The translations under genes were made by a program, and so were the position numbers. 64,000 bases of DNA. Source: Phoronis australis (Eukaryota > Animalia > Phoronida). Shown here in pieces: positions 12,592-25,847 of the stretch; position 1 is the stretch's first letter; each line of letters starts with the position of its first letter. The DNA lies in contig NMRA01000168.1 of assembly GCA_002633005.1 (NCBI GenBank), positions 189,129-253,128 of the forward strand. Direction: 5' to 3'. The notes under the pieces were generated by a model. The model did no database searches. It had not been told where the DNA came from and worked only from the letters and a program-made list of their open reading frames with translations.

Positions 12592-13739
12592 GTAACCTGT
12601 GCATTAATATATGCAATTTTTAATACTGCCTGATCCCGAGAGATATCAGGTCACGTGGACCTTGGTAGAGTAATATTGCCAGAGACCGAAGCCCAAGGTT
12701 AACATTGTTCTATCACCGTCCATCCTGATATAAGGTCTTTATTTATTGTATAATATCACAACAGATGCTGCTAGGGTCCGATTTCCTAATATTCTCTCAT
12801 TAGATTGGCGTCTTTTTACCTGCTTTGATGTGATACGGTCAGGTTTCTGCTGCGTCTGATTGGTCAGTTCCCAAAAAACGACATCTGTTTTTTGGAAGTT
12901 TTGAATAAAAATTGATATTCCATGGGTAGCTGGTTGACAACACTTCATAAGTTATCATGTTTGACTGAAGTATCAGTCTTAGTGTAATAATGTTATAGTT
13001 TAATTGATTTTCAAGCTGAAAAATCTGTTTCCATGCCATAGCTTTTTAAATTTTCTAGTAAATAATTTACAATGGTGATCTCTCATAACTTGGATTCATG
13101 AGTTGAAAAGCGGATGAAGTGCTTTTCATATCATCTTTTGAAAAGGAAATGAGATTTGCGAGTATTAGTAAAACATGCAAAGATAACGTGGTGTAAAACA
13201 AAAAATTGTGGAAGACCATGCCAGAGAAAGTTTAAATGAGTTGACTACAAAATGTAAATTTATGTCAAGATCTTAGATTTTGTACTTTTGTGTTCTTGGC
13301 AATAAACTCGCGGAAACCCAAGTTTTGATTTACAGCACTTACCGTTATGAAATTGGTATCAAATTGCTCTTTAGTCAAATCTGTGGTAATTTCAGGGTTT
13401 CAAAAGGACTGGCAGCTAGTTATTGCTTGCTACCAGGCTCTACAAATTGGTTTGTTATTTTATGCACAGAGCATGGGCCTAACAATAAGGAACTGTCAGT
13501 TTTTTGGAAATTCGAAAACCACTTAGAAAGGAACATGTAGAGACCAATTTTGTGGCAGCAAGTGGTCTAAATTAAAAATTCACTTCTTGAATGGAACATG
13601 GGTTTATAGTCAGTTTTTACTTATTTAATAACTTGTAATGTTTTAAATGGCACTAATACATTTATTAATGGCGGAATTGGTGAGTGTTAAAACTCTTCCA
13701 ATATTTGACCTGTGTCTTCAGCTCACCTGTTTATTACAG

Positions 13740-13826
13740 GTGTTCAACCTAGACATCCCAATGTGTCTGTTTACACTTCATGGTCATACAGCTGGGGTTA
13801 CAGCACTCCATCTCAGGGCTGATAAG
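13740..13826 (+). CDS. SCAP: SCAP exon (WD40)
   Basis: VFNLDIPMCLFTLHGHTAGVTALHL; tacag/gtaata. Confidence 0.93.
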
Positions 13827-14279
13827 GTAATATTTAACCTTTTCTAGAATATGTTGGAAAGGTTTTTACAAAACGTACTGAAGGGAAGACCATTTTTAGG
13901 GATATTTTTAGTTAATACACAATTTTCCAGTTATCCTAGACAATTTTTGAACTTGAATTAATTGTGCAAGGGTCACTCCAGAGGTGACGTCCACAGTCCA
14001 AATCATTTCCCCGCGATCTTTGTTGATGCGACTGTTCAATGTGAATATCTGTGGATTGTGTGCTGAAAATTACCACTCATATTAGCTTGTGACGAGTATT
14101 CTGCGACAGTCCTAGATTTAGCAATCAATTGATCTGCAGTGGACAGGAAATGGATGGAGTTGTGAACCAAAATCTGAAACTCGTGATGAAGATATAGTAG
14201 ACAGTGGAGGTGTTAAGAACTTTTTTCATGACCAGGAAATCAACGCCTGTTTGTTAGAACCAAAATCCAGTGAGGATTA

Positions 14280-14990
14280 ATACAGACAGGGTCTGGCAGC
14301 TATTGAGACGTGGAAGACAGACACCTGGGCTCCCACCGAGTTTACATCACACCTAACAATTCCTTCCCTACACTCCTGCCACATTTGAAACAACAATATA
14401 ACTTTACTCAGATCAATGATCAATTTCTCAAAAAATGTTTCCTCGGCATGTTCTTTAGACCTGGACGACTTACTGTCCTCACTTGGCGATGAGCTGGGTC
14501 TTTATTCATTTCCACTGCTCTGCATCGCTGCAGGGCTGCTTATATGCTCTGAGCTGGAAACACCACCAGCATATGGTGAAGCTGTGCTGGTTGTTGGTCT
14601 TGGGTGCTGCGTCAACTGCTGTTTCAAAAACGCACTCCAAGGAGGTGGCGAGGGAGCAGAGACGAAAGTAAATATCGAGAGAATAGATTCTTTATTCAGA
14701 ACGCGTTTTGGAGGTACCTTCATGATCTCTGCGTACATGTCTATTTCGTAATTTGACTGACGGTACAAAATGTTTTCCACTCATGCAATAATTCTGTTCT
14801 GCCTAAGCTGAAGCATGAACAGGCAAGGCTGCATTCTTTACTCAAAAACGAGCCAACTTCTACGTATCTGGTCATCCTCAGTAAATCTGTGAAACGGGAT
14901 ATCTGTACTCTTTGACAGCTTATCATGTGTGTATCTCGGCACGCAAAAGCCTGGGGGTATATTGAATTACACGTTGACGAAGTCAAATAA
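14280..14990 (-). mobile_element. Degenerate THAP-domain DNA transposase relic (Kolobok-like) in a SCAP intron
   Basis: Minus strand across stops/frameshifts: FCVPRY..IPFHRFTEDDQIRRSWLV ... GKHFVPS ... YEIDMYAEIMKVPPKRVLNKESILSIF (THAP pattern), then EKLIIDLSKVILLFQMWQEC...VGAQVSV. Confidence 0.7.
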
Positions 14991-15281
14991 TGGTCTAACT
15001 TGCTTCAAGCTAACAAACACTATGACACACACAATGTCTAACACAGTCCTAAGTGCATGAAAACAAAGATGTCGGGAAATGCTCTGTGTGTAAAGTGAAG
15101 TAAATCAGTATTTGACCCAAGTCTGACAGCCGATGTGACTTTGTAACTTAATTTGTAGATGTTTTCTGCAAGACACTTTAACAGATTATGTTGCCAGAAC
15201 ATATTATTTGTGAATTGAAACAAATGTTGTTTGTGTATTCCGTTATCTTGGTTTTAGTAGAGGAGTTATTTTTTATCTATT

Positions 15282-15610
15282 TTAAGGGGTATTTCTTCCT
15301 TATTTACACTCTTCAGGTTTGAAGTGGATTAACTGTAGCAAATGTTCTCAAAATTCTTATGCCATAATTGCAGTTGGTTTCTACTATAGGAAGGAATTCA
15401 ATGATCACCTGCAATTCATTTGAAGTCCAGTTTTGGAAAGGTTGGCAAACCCTGTCAAAACTATGACTTCGGCACCTTTTTGAGATGGGAAATGTTCTCA
15501 TGATTTTTGTTGATATTACAAATTTTACTGTTTGTTATTATTACTGAGACTTATTTTGTCTTGTTGAAATAAGTTGCATTTTAGGTTGTAAGAATGAAAT
15601 GTCCCTTTAA
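15282..15610. mobile_element. Possible TTAA-flanked MITE (Kolobok-type ends)
   Basis: ttaa-ggggtatttcttcctta ... taagaatgaaatgtccct-ttaa; imperfect terminal inverted repeat. Confidence 0.35.
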
Positions 15611-15665
15611 CCTGTAGAGAATTGCAGAAAAAAGTCATAATTTGTATTGCTTTCAATCCTTTCAG

Positions 15666-15875
15666 TCAGTGGTATTTGCTGTGAGTGGTTCCGAGGATGG
15701 TTCCGTGCGAATATGGAACCTTGAGACGGGGTCGTGCGTCCACAAGTTATGTCGGCACACATCTACCGTAACCACTCTGACTTCTACGTCAGAGTACGTG
15801 ATCAGTGCAGGACTCGACGACAAACTGTGCATCTGGGAGAGACGTAAGGGACAGTTGCTACACAGTATACAAGTG
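15666..15875 (+). CDS. SCAP: SCAP exon (WD40)
   Basis: AVSGSEDGSVRIWNLETGSCVHKL...VISAGLDDKLCIWER; ttcag/gtaagc. Confidence 0.95.
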
Positions 15876-16315
15876 GTAAGCATAGCCACGAATGTTCTGT
15901 GGCATTTTGTATTGTATGCTATTGCCATTATATAATATACTTAGAGAGACAGGCAAAGGGTTCGATCTTTTTCAGTGGGACTTTGCTTTTAATTTCCAAA
16001 ACTGCACTGTGTGGGGAACACTGTAAAATGAAACTTTGTTGACTACGCTTCATTTTTTGGGCTTATTCTTGTGGAGTGGTGAAGGCGTTGAAGACCCAGG
16101 GTGCATTGCGTAGACGAACACTCCTGAAAAAAGCTAGTATGATCTCGTGCTTTGGTTGTAATGCATGGTGATCTCTCGGGAAGTCTAGCTTGGTCTTGCG
16201 AGCTTCTTGTGCATACAGAAGGCAGCTCCAGTCTGTACTTTGGCTTGTTTTGAATCGTTTCAATAATAGCCAGTTCTTTTGCAGGTTTGATAACTATGGT
16301 GTTTTTTGTTTTCAG

Positions 16316-16561
16316 GACCCTGGCTACTGTAATACAGTTGCCATGCTAACCAACAAACTTCTGGTCAGTGGTGGACAGGGTTGTCTGTTATTATGGGATG
16401 CAGGCAAAGGTGATATCATCAAGTCTATACGACTTGGCGATTATGATTACTCTGTGTTTGTTCGCCAAGTCTCCGTCATCAATAATGCCTCGGTTGTGTG
16501 CGATTATGCAAATGAACTCAGAGTTGTTCACTTTCCATCCGTGTTGGAAAAAGCCGACTGA
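16316..16561 (+). CDS. SCAP: SCAP last coding exon
   Basis: LLVSGGQGCLLLWD...VVCDYANELRVVHFPSVLEKAD*, matching the SCAP C-terminus (PSVLEKLD). Confidence 0.96.
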   Translation, partial: DPGYCNTVAMLTNKLLVSGGQGCLLLWDAGKGDIIKSIRLGDYDYSVFVRQVSVINNASVVCDYANELRVVHFPSVLEKAD

Positions 16562-17450
16562 CAAGTGAGTCAGATTAAATGCATAAATATGGAACTATGT
16601 AGGTTATGTTGTTTTCAGTAACGATGTGCTCTCCATTTTGTATTATGCTTGTGATCATTAAAGAGATTGACCACTGTGTGACAGGCAATCATTTTAATTT
16701 ATGCTTTGCAATTTACGGTAAAATTCCACTAATTTCCAACAATTACACTTGCTAAAATTGATCCTTTTGAAATTTTCACAGCTGCACTTTCTAAAACATT
16801 GAAAGAAGCTAGGAATACTTTACTTAAAGATCAATGATGAGGCGTTTATTAGGTGCTACTTATCTTCAAAAAGAGCTAAAAAGTAAAATTTCACTTGTGC
16901 ACCATATTATGTGCTTAATTGATAAGATTTTACTGTATAGTTTATCCCAATAAGTAGCCATAAATATTTTGTGAGAGAAGACAGTCTTTGTATTGAAGAA
17001 ATGGTCAATTTAATTGAAATTACAAGTTTAATCTTTGTAGTGTTCATGTTCTTGAAAACTTGGTGCCATGATTAAGATGCATAAATCAAGAATAGGTAAT
17101 GTCATGTTCTGCTTCATTACTCCTTTGATTTGTGTACATTTCGACAACTGTGGTATTGTTACAATTCTGTGAATTACCTGATTTTGTTATAAATTATATT
17201 TATTTAAAATCTATGATAGTTTGAAAACTAGATAGAATGAGTTGATGTGTTACAACACTAGAACTTGAGAATGCATTCTCTTTTGTGGCAAATATTGGTA
17301 ATTGCTGACTTGTTTTTAAGTAGACAGTTGGAAGTGTATATAAACAGTTTGTACTTGTTAAGTCTGGAACAAATTTCTCCGTCTATTTTATAAATGTGTA
17401 ACCTCTTTTATGCCAGAATTGTTTTTACGCTTAGTAAATTTGTTGTTTCG

Positions 17451-17456
17451 AATAAA
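17451..17456 (+). terminator. Candidate SCAP polyadenylation signal
   Basis: AATAAA about 0.9 kb after the stop, followed by T/GT-rich sequence. Confidence 0.55.
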
Positions 17457-17620
17457 TTTTGTCACAAGTCTGCCTTTGTTCATTTTACTGGGTGTGTTTC
17501 AGTCACCACCACCTTCACAACATTATCTTTAAATCTGTTGTCAACGTCAAAATTATGTGCAATATTATCTCTTTGGACAGTTAGAGTGCTATCAATTAAA
17601 TTGGAATTCGTGTTTACTTA

Positions 17621-17626
17621 TTTATT
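17621..17626 (-). terminator. Candidate polyadenylation signal of the ZCWPW2-like gene
   Basis: tttatt (AATAAA on minus) about 50 nt past the predicted stop. Confidence 0.5.
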
Positions 17627-17677
17627 TACTTACAGAAACAGTATTTCTAAAACATCTCTTCACACTTTGAAAATCAT

Positions 17678-17796
17678 TCACAGCATTAGAAGTGAGTCGT
17701 ATTCATCAAGCTGGTCTTCCAATGCCTTCAGCTCTTGATAAACTTGTTCTGAGAATGTACTGGTGTCCTCACTGTGCAATTCATCAGGCATGTGCA
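17678..17796 (-). CDS. ZCWPW2-like gene, probable last coding exon
   Basis: Strong acceptor cattcatttcag-type (tattcatttcag); phase-1 frame HMPDELHSEDTSTFSEQVYQELKALEDQLDEYDSLLML*; followed by AATAAA. Confidence 0.6.
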
Positions 17797-18839
17797 CTGA
17801 AATGAATATACATTTATCACAAATGAGTTAAATTACATGAGAAATAACCAATATGCTTCAACTAACACTTTTGCACGTTTACATTGATGTCTCAAGGCCA
17901 TACTGTGAGTCCAACAACAAAACAGTTTGATGCATTAGGTTTTGGTTCCATGGTACCCACTGATGAATGGATATAGTAACTCTTGAACTGTGGTAGATAA
18001 TAGTGATATAGGGCAAAAGAGCACCAAAATGCTTAACAATGGACTAGATTTATATGAAGATATTAAGCCTGGATTCAGAAACCCGTTGTCTGAAGTTGAA
18101 AACAAATGGGAGGTTTTTCTTCGAGCAAAAATGATCCTTATTTTACTTCTTACATGTGCCTTTTCCTGTACTATGAACAGAATATCATAAAATATAGCTT
18201 TTCGTTTTATCTTTTTTATTTTTTCACGAACGTTTGAACACATTTTAAAGACTTACTGAGTGTGTGGTCAGTATGGCATTCAAATTCCAACTCGGCATAT
18301 TGCTTAAAGTTTGGCACTGTCTTTACTTGGGGACTGTCTCCATAATATGATATTTTGAATGGTTCGTTCTGACTTTCTTTCTCTGAAAAAGGTCAAAATT
18401 GGAGTTAATGATGTAGTCAAGATATATGAGCAACACAAATGTGAAAGTATTTGAAAAGACTACAAGGTGCACATTTAAAGTCAAAACAACAAAATATTCC
18501 ACTTGGTTTAAGTTGAAATCCAGTTGGTCTGGTCAATTTTCACTGTCAAAAACAACTGCGAAGATTAAAGGCCCAGCAACAACTTTCACATTGCTGACTT
18601 TTCATATTGGCACTCTTCAGAACAGTGAGAGCATGAAAACGACTTGTGCAGTGAACCGAACTCAGCATTTGGTGGACAGAAATTTAATTACTTTAGTGGT
18701 TCGTTTATTTAAGAACTGGAATAAATCCCAGTGTCAACCCCTACAATTATTGGGAATATTTTTTGAAACATTTATTCAGTCATATAGACAATACAAAAAG
18801 CGGTAAAATTTAACTGGGATAAATTCGAAGAATGTTAAC

Positions 18840-19115
18840 AGTGCTTTCCCAGTCAATCACATTCACCCTGAGTCACTAATTTTAGCTTTTTTACATCGGC
18901 TGGGATTGAAATTCTACCACATTATCGGTCACAGTGCGACTGACTTCACATTCTTTGCATTGGGAAATGTATGGAACATAATGTCCTTCATCCATGGATA
19001 TCTCGAGAGGTTTGCCTTTTTCTGTTTGCCATTAGGACACTCCACCGCACAGCAGTGGAAATTTGCGGGCATTATGATAGCAGGAAAGGTGTTAAAACAG
19101 TGTTCATACCAGTAG
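18840..19115 (-). repeat. Dispersed repeat family, inverted partial copy C
   Basis: ccgcacagcagtggaaat...gcattatgatagcaggaaaggtgttaaaa is the reverse complement of copies A/B. Confidence 0.75.
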
Positions 19116-21268
19116 GCATGATCAACAATATTCTAGCTTGGTTAAACAGCAGGCTCCAAATTTAGCACAATTATCTAAGGGGCAAAATGCCTCTGGCTTT
19201 TGCATGAAAAGAATCCTACGTTTCCAACCATCGCTGTCCTGTGCAATGGAATTTAGGAGATACAACTGTGGGTGCAAAAAACAAAATTGCCACCACGGAA
19301 TGCCACAGAACTTACTCACCAAAAAACCCACATCAGTCGTGCTGTTGCCAATAGGAAAACACCTGCCAAATTTAATGACCTTTTGAACAGTTTGTCGGAT
19401 GGAGAGCCTACCATAAAAGTAATAAAAACGGTCACTAGATGGCGCAGATTACATGACACAATGTCTAATCCCGCCATTCGAGCATACAAAAGTGTTGTCA
19501 TCACTTTAAAAGAAATCTATTTACCAAAGTTCATGAAATTTTGTCAAGGAACTCTGAATATAGAGGGGTTTACTTAACAAATAAAATAGTCAGTAGGGGT
19601 CAGCCACATAGTTCGATATTTAGAAAAAAAATACTTGCCTAATCTCACAAATCCTTCAAGGATAACAGCTGTGAACACAAAAAAAATGCTACTAAGGGAC
19701 ACAACAGAAGTCGTCGACACCATTCAGAAAATTGACATCCAATGTGGCTGTGGTCTTCTCAGCAGGAACACATCTGCCAATTTTCATAAGAATCTTTCAC
19801 ACAGCTTGGCAGATAGAAGGAGATGCCAAAAAACAGACTCATAAATTATAAAAATGGCCTGTATCAATGATTGCAGAATACATCGAACTCGTCCAAAAAT
19901 GGAAAGGCGTCATCATTCCCCAAAAAATATGATAAAAATTTGTCATGGAATTGTCGAGACTTTATAGAAGTAAACATAAAAATGTGAAACTGCCACTAGG
20001 GCGCACAGCGGTAGTCAGATCTGTCCAAAATTCATCATAGGGGTTAGGAGACACAGTTGCAGATTGTCAATAGGGGGCGTCACAGTCAGAATTGTCCTCG
20101 TGATTTCCACCTGCTAGTTTGTGACCCTTGGTAACTGGCCCATTATTTAGATTCCTCCAGCAGAATTAAAGCAGAATACTCATGGCTTTGGAGTTCTACT
20201 TTTTAGTTTTAGGTTTTAAAATCACACTTCTTGAACGATTTTCAAAAACCTAATTACTACACATACTTTTCACACAGAACTACAAACACGCGATCCAAAA
20301 ACTTTCAAAATGAAAATTTAAAAATTACTATTGTCAACCCCAGCATTTATAACCATGTTTATGCAGAAATCATCTCGAATCTGACTAAGGAACAAGTTAG
20401 TACCAGATTTGTGGCAGCAAGTGGGTAAAATCATGTCTGAGAATGCAGGTCATTTCAAGCCATTTTAAGCTCTAAACCTCTACAGTTGCTGACCGGGCCG
20501 GTCTCCCAGCAATTTACAGAATGAGTAACTAGCACACTATTCAGAGCATAGTGTTGGAAATTTGGAATGGTCATTAACATGCAGGCATGCCAAGCAAGTA
20601 TTACCTTCGACCTAAGGCATACACTAGGTTGAGTTTGGTAAGTCATTTATGATACTAACAGTAGATGTCCCTGGGTTGTCGGCACAGAATCACTCATTGA
20701 CTAGAGTGTCCTGCTTCTTTTTCCCAGGTTTTAGTCTAGTCTCTAGGAAAGGCAGCTCTAACGCAGAATGTGTTAAAGCCATGGCAAAAGAGACATGAAG
20801 TTTTTTGATCAACCTCTTGTCAGGTCAGATTTTAATATATAAGTTAATTGTTTGTTTTATACACAGGTTTGTAAAAAACAGTTATTTTTATGCATCAAAA
20901 TGGTCACCTATGAAAAATTTTCTGGTAATACACAATTGTCTCACATATTTTTATTAAATTTATTAAGGCAAATGAAATTGTTCTAATACATGGCTTCTGT
21001 GAAATGAATTAGTAGCATTAAAGAAAAGCATAAATACAAATGCAGCGCCACCTTTTAGCAAACAACAAAGTGACTGTAGCAGACAACAATGCCCAGCTCA
21101 CAGAGAACTGTTGAAAGTTGGTTGTCTCATTTCACAACTGCATAACAGCCAACTCCCGTTTTTGATGGAACCATCCCACTTTTTGAAGCTTTGTCTTGCA
21201 TACCACCACACTGAGAATATTTTGCTTTTTGACACATACAACAAAATCTACGATTTATAGGGTATACT

Positions 21269-21381
21269 GGCTTTGTGCTTCTTCACTTGGGATGTGCCCC
21301 TATTTTTGTGTTCCATTTGTCCCTTGTGGTATGAACCTCGCTTTTTATCATTTTTGAATAGCAGCACTTCACTGAGTACAC
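21269..21381 (-). CDS. ZCWPW2-like candidate exon (3' boundary uncertain)
   Basis: ttacattgcag acceptor, phase 1, GVLSEVLLFKNDKKRGSYHKGQ...; weak donor A|gtatac; otherwise reads to an in-frame TAG shortly after. Confidence 0.4.
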
Positions 21382-21850
21382 CTGCAATGTAAAATGACCA
21401 GTGATGCAAACTCGCACAGGGGGGGGGAGGCGCTACAGGAACTATAAACTGCCGGGTCCGGCAGTCACACTTTTACCACCTATCCACACACTCATGTTGT
21501 TTAGGATATTGTCCTGATGATAACAAGGAACATCTTAATGCCATCATTTTAGTGTGTACAGGTTTGACATTGCATGTCATCCCCCAAACACAGACTTGCA
21601 GTTTGCAAAGGAATCTGACCCAAGTCGGAGCGTTCTGGCCGCCTACTTAGGACGGTTGCAAATCGTGCCATGAGTCCCCGCAATCCGAGTGAGTGAAATG
21701 TTACAAATGAAATTATCATATAAACATATTTAAAAAAGGAATCTGCATTCCTGTTTTACACATTCCAGTCTGGCTGCATAATGTTGGGACCACAAAGATG
21801 TGAAACAGAACAGAAAATTCAGTTTACTCAATCTAAGAAGTTCAACAAAC

Positions 21851-21928
21851 CGTTATCTTTTGATATGGTAAAGTGACATTGTTCATCAATCTTGTCTATT
21901 TCAGCCATGAGTGACACCATGTCACTAT
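21851..21928 (-). CDS. ZCWPW2-like exon
   Basis: ttttccag acceptor; DSDMVSLMAEIDKIDEQCHFTISKDN; phase 1-1; donor gtttgt. Confidence 0.55.
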
Positions 21929-23106
21929 CTGGAAAAAAATGTTACTGTCAATGCATGTCAAGAGTTTGATGTAACTAGATAAAATCAGTCGCCAGCTTCA
22001 TGTTTGCAGCATCTTAGTGACTCGATCAGTGGTGGATACTTAAGTAAAAAAAACCAAAATCACAAAAAATGAAAAAAAAAGAAAATTATCAGCTAAAACA
22101 AAATTTTGGGATTACTGTTTAATGAGACAGACTTTTTTTTGACTTTGACCAGAGTACAAAACAACAAAATCTATTTTTGTGATATTATTATAAATCACCA
22201 ATTCTCACTGTTGTCTGGGGACATTTGTTGAAATGAAGGATGGTGTCCTTTATTTAGATACGCTAATACTCTACTATCTAACATCTGGTATTTAGCATAG
22301 CAATAGAGCATTTGAATGCTACTGTGTAGGTAGTGAGTTCAATTCCACTTCACTACTATTACTACTACCATAACGCTACTGCTAATTTCTGCAAAGTACC
22401 TTTTATCGCTGAGTGGAGAATGTTCCTCTAAACTCATGAGAAGCCTTCCCTTACTGCAATAACCTATTTTATTAGAGAACTTGGAAAGCATGTTTTAAAG
22501 AACAGGTTTTAATTTACTGTTTGGTTGCCAGCATCTTGGTTCGATTTTGATGAATAAATAGTAGGAATGAGCGCAATGAGGCAGTTGGAATTTCATTGAA
22601 AAAATTGATTGTTATGCACGACATTAAACCAAAACCAGTTAAACATGGCACATTTTCCTGATTGCTCTACCAACGTGCAATGAACTAAATTTTTGCACAT
22701 TTAAATTGAAAAAACTTTCATATGAAGTCAATACTGGAAGACATTTAATAGCCTCAGTGAAGCTAATGATACCATGACTGATGTAAAGGTATTTTTCTGG
22801 AAATCTGGCCATCACTTTAGAATTGTATTTGGTGAAAATGGTGCCCAATTGGTGTTGGGTTATTTTGTTTAAAAAGGTTGTCCAATTTAGGGACATATCC
22901 AGGTATGCCTATGCAGCGAGAGTTTGCCCCAACAAGACCATTTGTATCATGTTCAATGAGAGTCTTACCACGTTTAGCGTACACCAGAAGTTTAAGTCTG
23001 CAGCCAATTAAAGCCACCTTGTAGCTGTCTTATTTTGCATAACCATAGTAAATGGAGAGCAGAATCTTCAACAGAGATGGTTACAAAAAGTAAAAATAAA
23101 TCTTAC

Positions 23107-23270
23107 CATGAGCAGTTAAAGTTGAAATGGCTGAGTGAGAGGAAATGGTGATATTACGAGGTTCCTTTTTTACCTTTTCCATGCCCACTTGTTTACGAAA
23201 GGATTTTACATTTTGTACAGCTGAAGAAAAGTCCCGGCCATGAACATATTCTTCATAAGGAAGAAGATTT
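23107..23270 (-). CDS. ZCWPW2-like exon (ARID C-terminal helix)
   Basis: NLLPYEEYVHG; ttctag/gtaaga; completes KRFYIQNLLPYE. Confidence 0.85.
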
Positions 23271-23540
23271 CTAGAAGAAAGGAATAAGACAAACAATTTA
23301 TTTTGAGAAATTTTTAAATAACAGGCTCATTAAGAATAATGTAACTATGAGTTAACATCATGTATCAATACAGAAATACTAATTAACAATATTGATAATC
23401 AACTGCACAATTTGTGCTGTATGAGCGTAAAAGAATTGATTTGCTCAGAGAAAGTAACAACAAAAAAGAATAGAGACCAGATTTGTATCTGTTGTAGTTT
23501 GATTTTCTTATGGTTCATTTAAAAAAAGGAGCATGCCTAC

Positions 23541-23632
23541 TGGATGTAAAACCGCTTCACTAAGCCCCCTTGTCCACTAACACCAGTGAGCTCCTTGTGA
23601 ATACCAGACCAGCCTCCATTCTTTCGGGGTAC
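23541..23632 (-). CDS. ZCWPW2-like exon (ARID middle)
   Basis: VPRKNGGWSGIHKELTGVSGQGGLVKRFYI; ttgtag/gtaggc; phases 0 to 2 join the flanking ARID exons. Confidence 0.8.
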
Positions 23633-24462
23633 CTACAATGTTGGGTATATGAAGTTGATTCAAAAGTATCACTGAGAAAGGTAATGAAGGACAAGGTTAA
23701 GCTTCTTCACTCAGAACCCAATATAGCACAATAATTGTGAAATACGGTACCATTTTGTGACAAAAGTTTACCTTGTCATCAATCAGTATGTGGTAAAGGT
23801 ATCTTACCATGTTTTGATTTTGCAGTGAGCTTTTGGAAAATAGAAAATTGCCTCTAAGGGAGTTATTTTGCTCAAATTGGAAGAAACTTTTCCATTCAAG
23901 GTATTCATAATTTGATGTCTCAAAAAATTCATGCCAAAGTTTTCAAAAACACTGAAAAAGACATTAAAATCCCAGTGACTGGGTGACCCTCTCTGTACCC
24001 AAGTGATATCAAGTGAAATACAACTTAGAAAAAGAAAACATAAAATACGACTGACGACACCATTGTCGGAAACGGTTCCCGGAGAAAAGCAATGTTTTGT
24101 ATTCCCTAAAATTGCCTTCTTAAAAAAATTTTGTTATGGAAAACCTCCGCATCATAAGTTTTCTAAAACTTTTTCGAAGAATGTACGATTAAGAGCACAT
24201 TTTCAAGTGCATTGTGACGATCAGTACTTCAAAAAAGGTTGGGGACCCATAAATACAATTGTTCTGGCAGTGGCCCAACATCGATAGTTGACGTTGTCTC
24301 ATATTTTCTCTTTTACGCTTAGCCTTTTTTCTGTACTACTGCCAACCAATATGCCAGTGATAACGGTTTCACCTTCGTTAACACCTTCTCTCTTTCTACA
24401 GCCCTGGAAACAAAAATCACTAATACAACACAAATGTTTGTGTTGACAGTTACAGTGCGCAC

Positions 24463-24615
24463 CTTTGCATAGCCTCCTCTATCGTGAACAGCCAGAAACA
24501 GTTGGAACAAGTCGATATGTACTCCACGCCACAGGGGCAGTTTAAGAGCCAAGCCATTTCTTAACATGAACCGCTTCACATCATGTTCAAATGCTTTCTT
24601 GTTCCTGCTGTACAT
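24463..24615 (-). CDS. ZCWPW2-like exon (ARID N-terminal half)
   Basis: AFEHDVKRFMLRNGLALKLPLWRGVHIDLFQLFLAVHDRGGYAK, ARID/BRIGHT signature DLxxLxxxVxxRGG. Confidence 0.88.
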
Positions 24616-25486
24616 CTAAGGAAGAACAGGTGTGCTTTTGCAACAACGATGCTAGCAATGATGAGATGGAACCCTGACCCTGTTAAGGTCAAGAAGATAT
24701 TGGAACTTAAAAGTGTCAAATTTGGCTAACACCATAGTCTCGCAAATAGCTGATCAGATTCAAATGTAACTTTCATATACTCGCTTTATGTAATGTTCTC
24801 CAAAACAAAATTAGTAATTGTTTTTAAAAAGGTTCCACTTTTGCATAAAGGTGATAACAAAAATAGAACTTAGGTATTTTTATTAACAAATCAAAAGTTG
24901 CATAAAACAAATATGAAACACTAATTTAGAGAATTGTAACCGCTTTCGTTTTTTTAAGGTTGACACATTTATTTTGAAAGAAATTCCATAACAATGTATC
25001 ATTGGTGCGCTTCTTTTACTATGCATGCAACTTTCTTTTCTGCTTAATTTTACTAAAGAGACATGGTCTGGCAGACTCTCTAGGTTGTCTACTTTCAGAA
25101 AGTACCGGTAGTACTGAAATTACTAACTGCACACTTCACCCTAAAATCAAAAAGGTTACTGTCTACATTCTCCCATTCATACCCAACAGTTTCACAACAC
25201 AATTCTGCATTGGGTTATCATTTTTTTGACAAAATGAATATATTAAAGGAACTATTATTTGTTAGCCACAGTATTATGACAGCCTAGTCAGTAAAATCAA
25301 ACAAACTCAGTTACAGAACTTGAGCCCATATTTGCCCCATTTGTGAGAATCTTGACCTTCTGCAACAGTCTGTTAAATTAAGGGTAGTGCTTCTGTGTTT
25401 TTGTCCACCAAATGCCAAGATCATTCTTTAATTTATAATTGCATAACCAGTTTCCCTTAATGTTCAAAATAAATAAAAAGGAATTG

Positions 25487-25572
25487 GATTAAACATGCAA
25501 ATATACTGACCATGATTGAACATGCAAATATACTGACCATGATTAAACATACAAACATATTGACCATGATTA
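25487..25572. repeat. 27-bp tandem repeat x3
   Basis: gattaaacatgcaaatatactgaccat. Confidence 0.9.
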
Positions 25573-25584
25573 ATTTGACTATAC

Positions 25585-25847
25585 CTGGATGTCTATAACC
25601 AATTTCTCTTGCTTTGTTTTATCCTTCAATGGAACATTAAAATCCATAAATGACTGAAAAGCAACCTCAGTAGATGGCATAGACTTCTCTTTTTCCAGCT
25701 CAACAGGTTGCTTTGGGTGTGAGATAGAAATACTTTGATCAGTTAATTTTTGGAGTACTGGCCTTTTCCTTTTTTGCACTGATGCTTTTTCCAACTGTCT
25801 GTCATTACTGTCACTCTGTAATGCTATCACGTCACCAGTGGACTTGC
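25585..25847 (-). CDS. ZCWPW2-like exon (linker with KRKR NLS-like motif)
   Basis: Open frame, cattag/gtatag sites, phase 1 to 0 consistent. Confidence 0.8.

Noticed and set aside
14416-14751. Plus-strand 111-aa ORF in a SCAP intron as a nested gene
   Set aside because: It is the antisense shadow of the THAP transposon relic.
24300-24403. Extra exon just after the first ARID exon
   Set aside because: Would need a ~60-nt intron and would truncate the ARID; the exon at 23541-23632 completes the domain properly.
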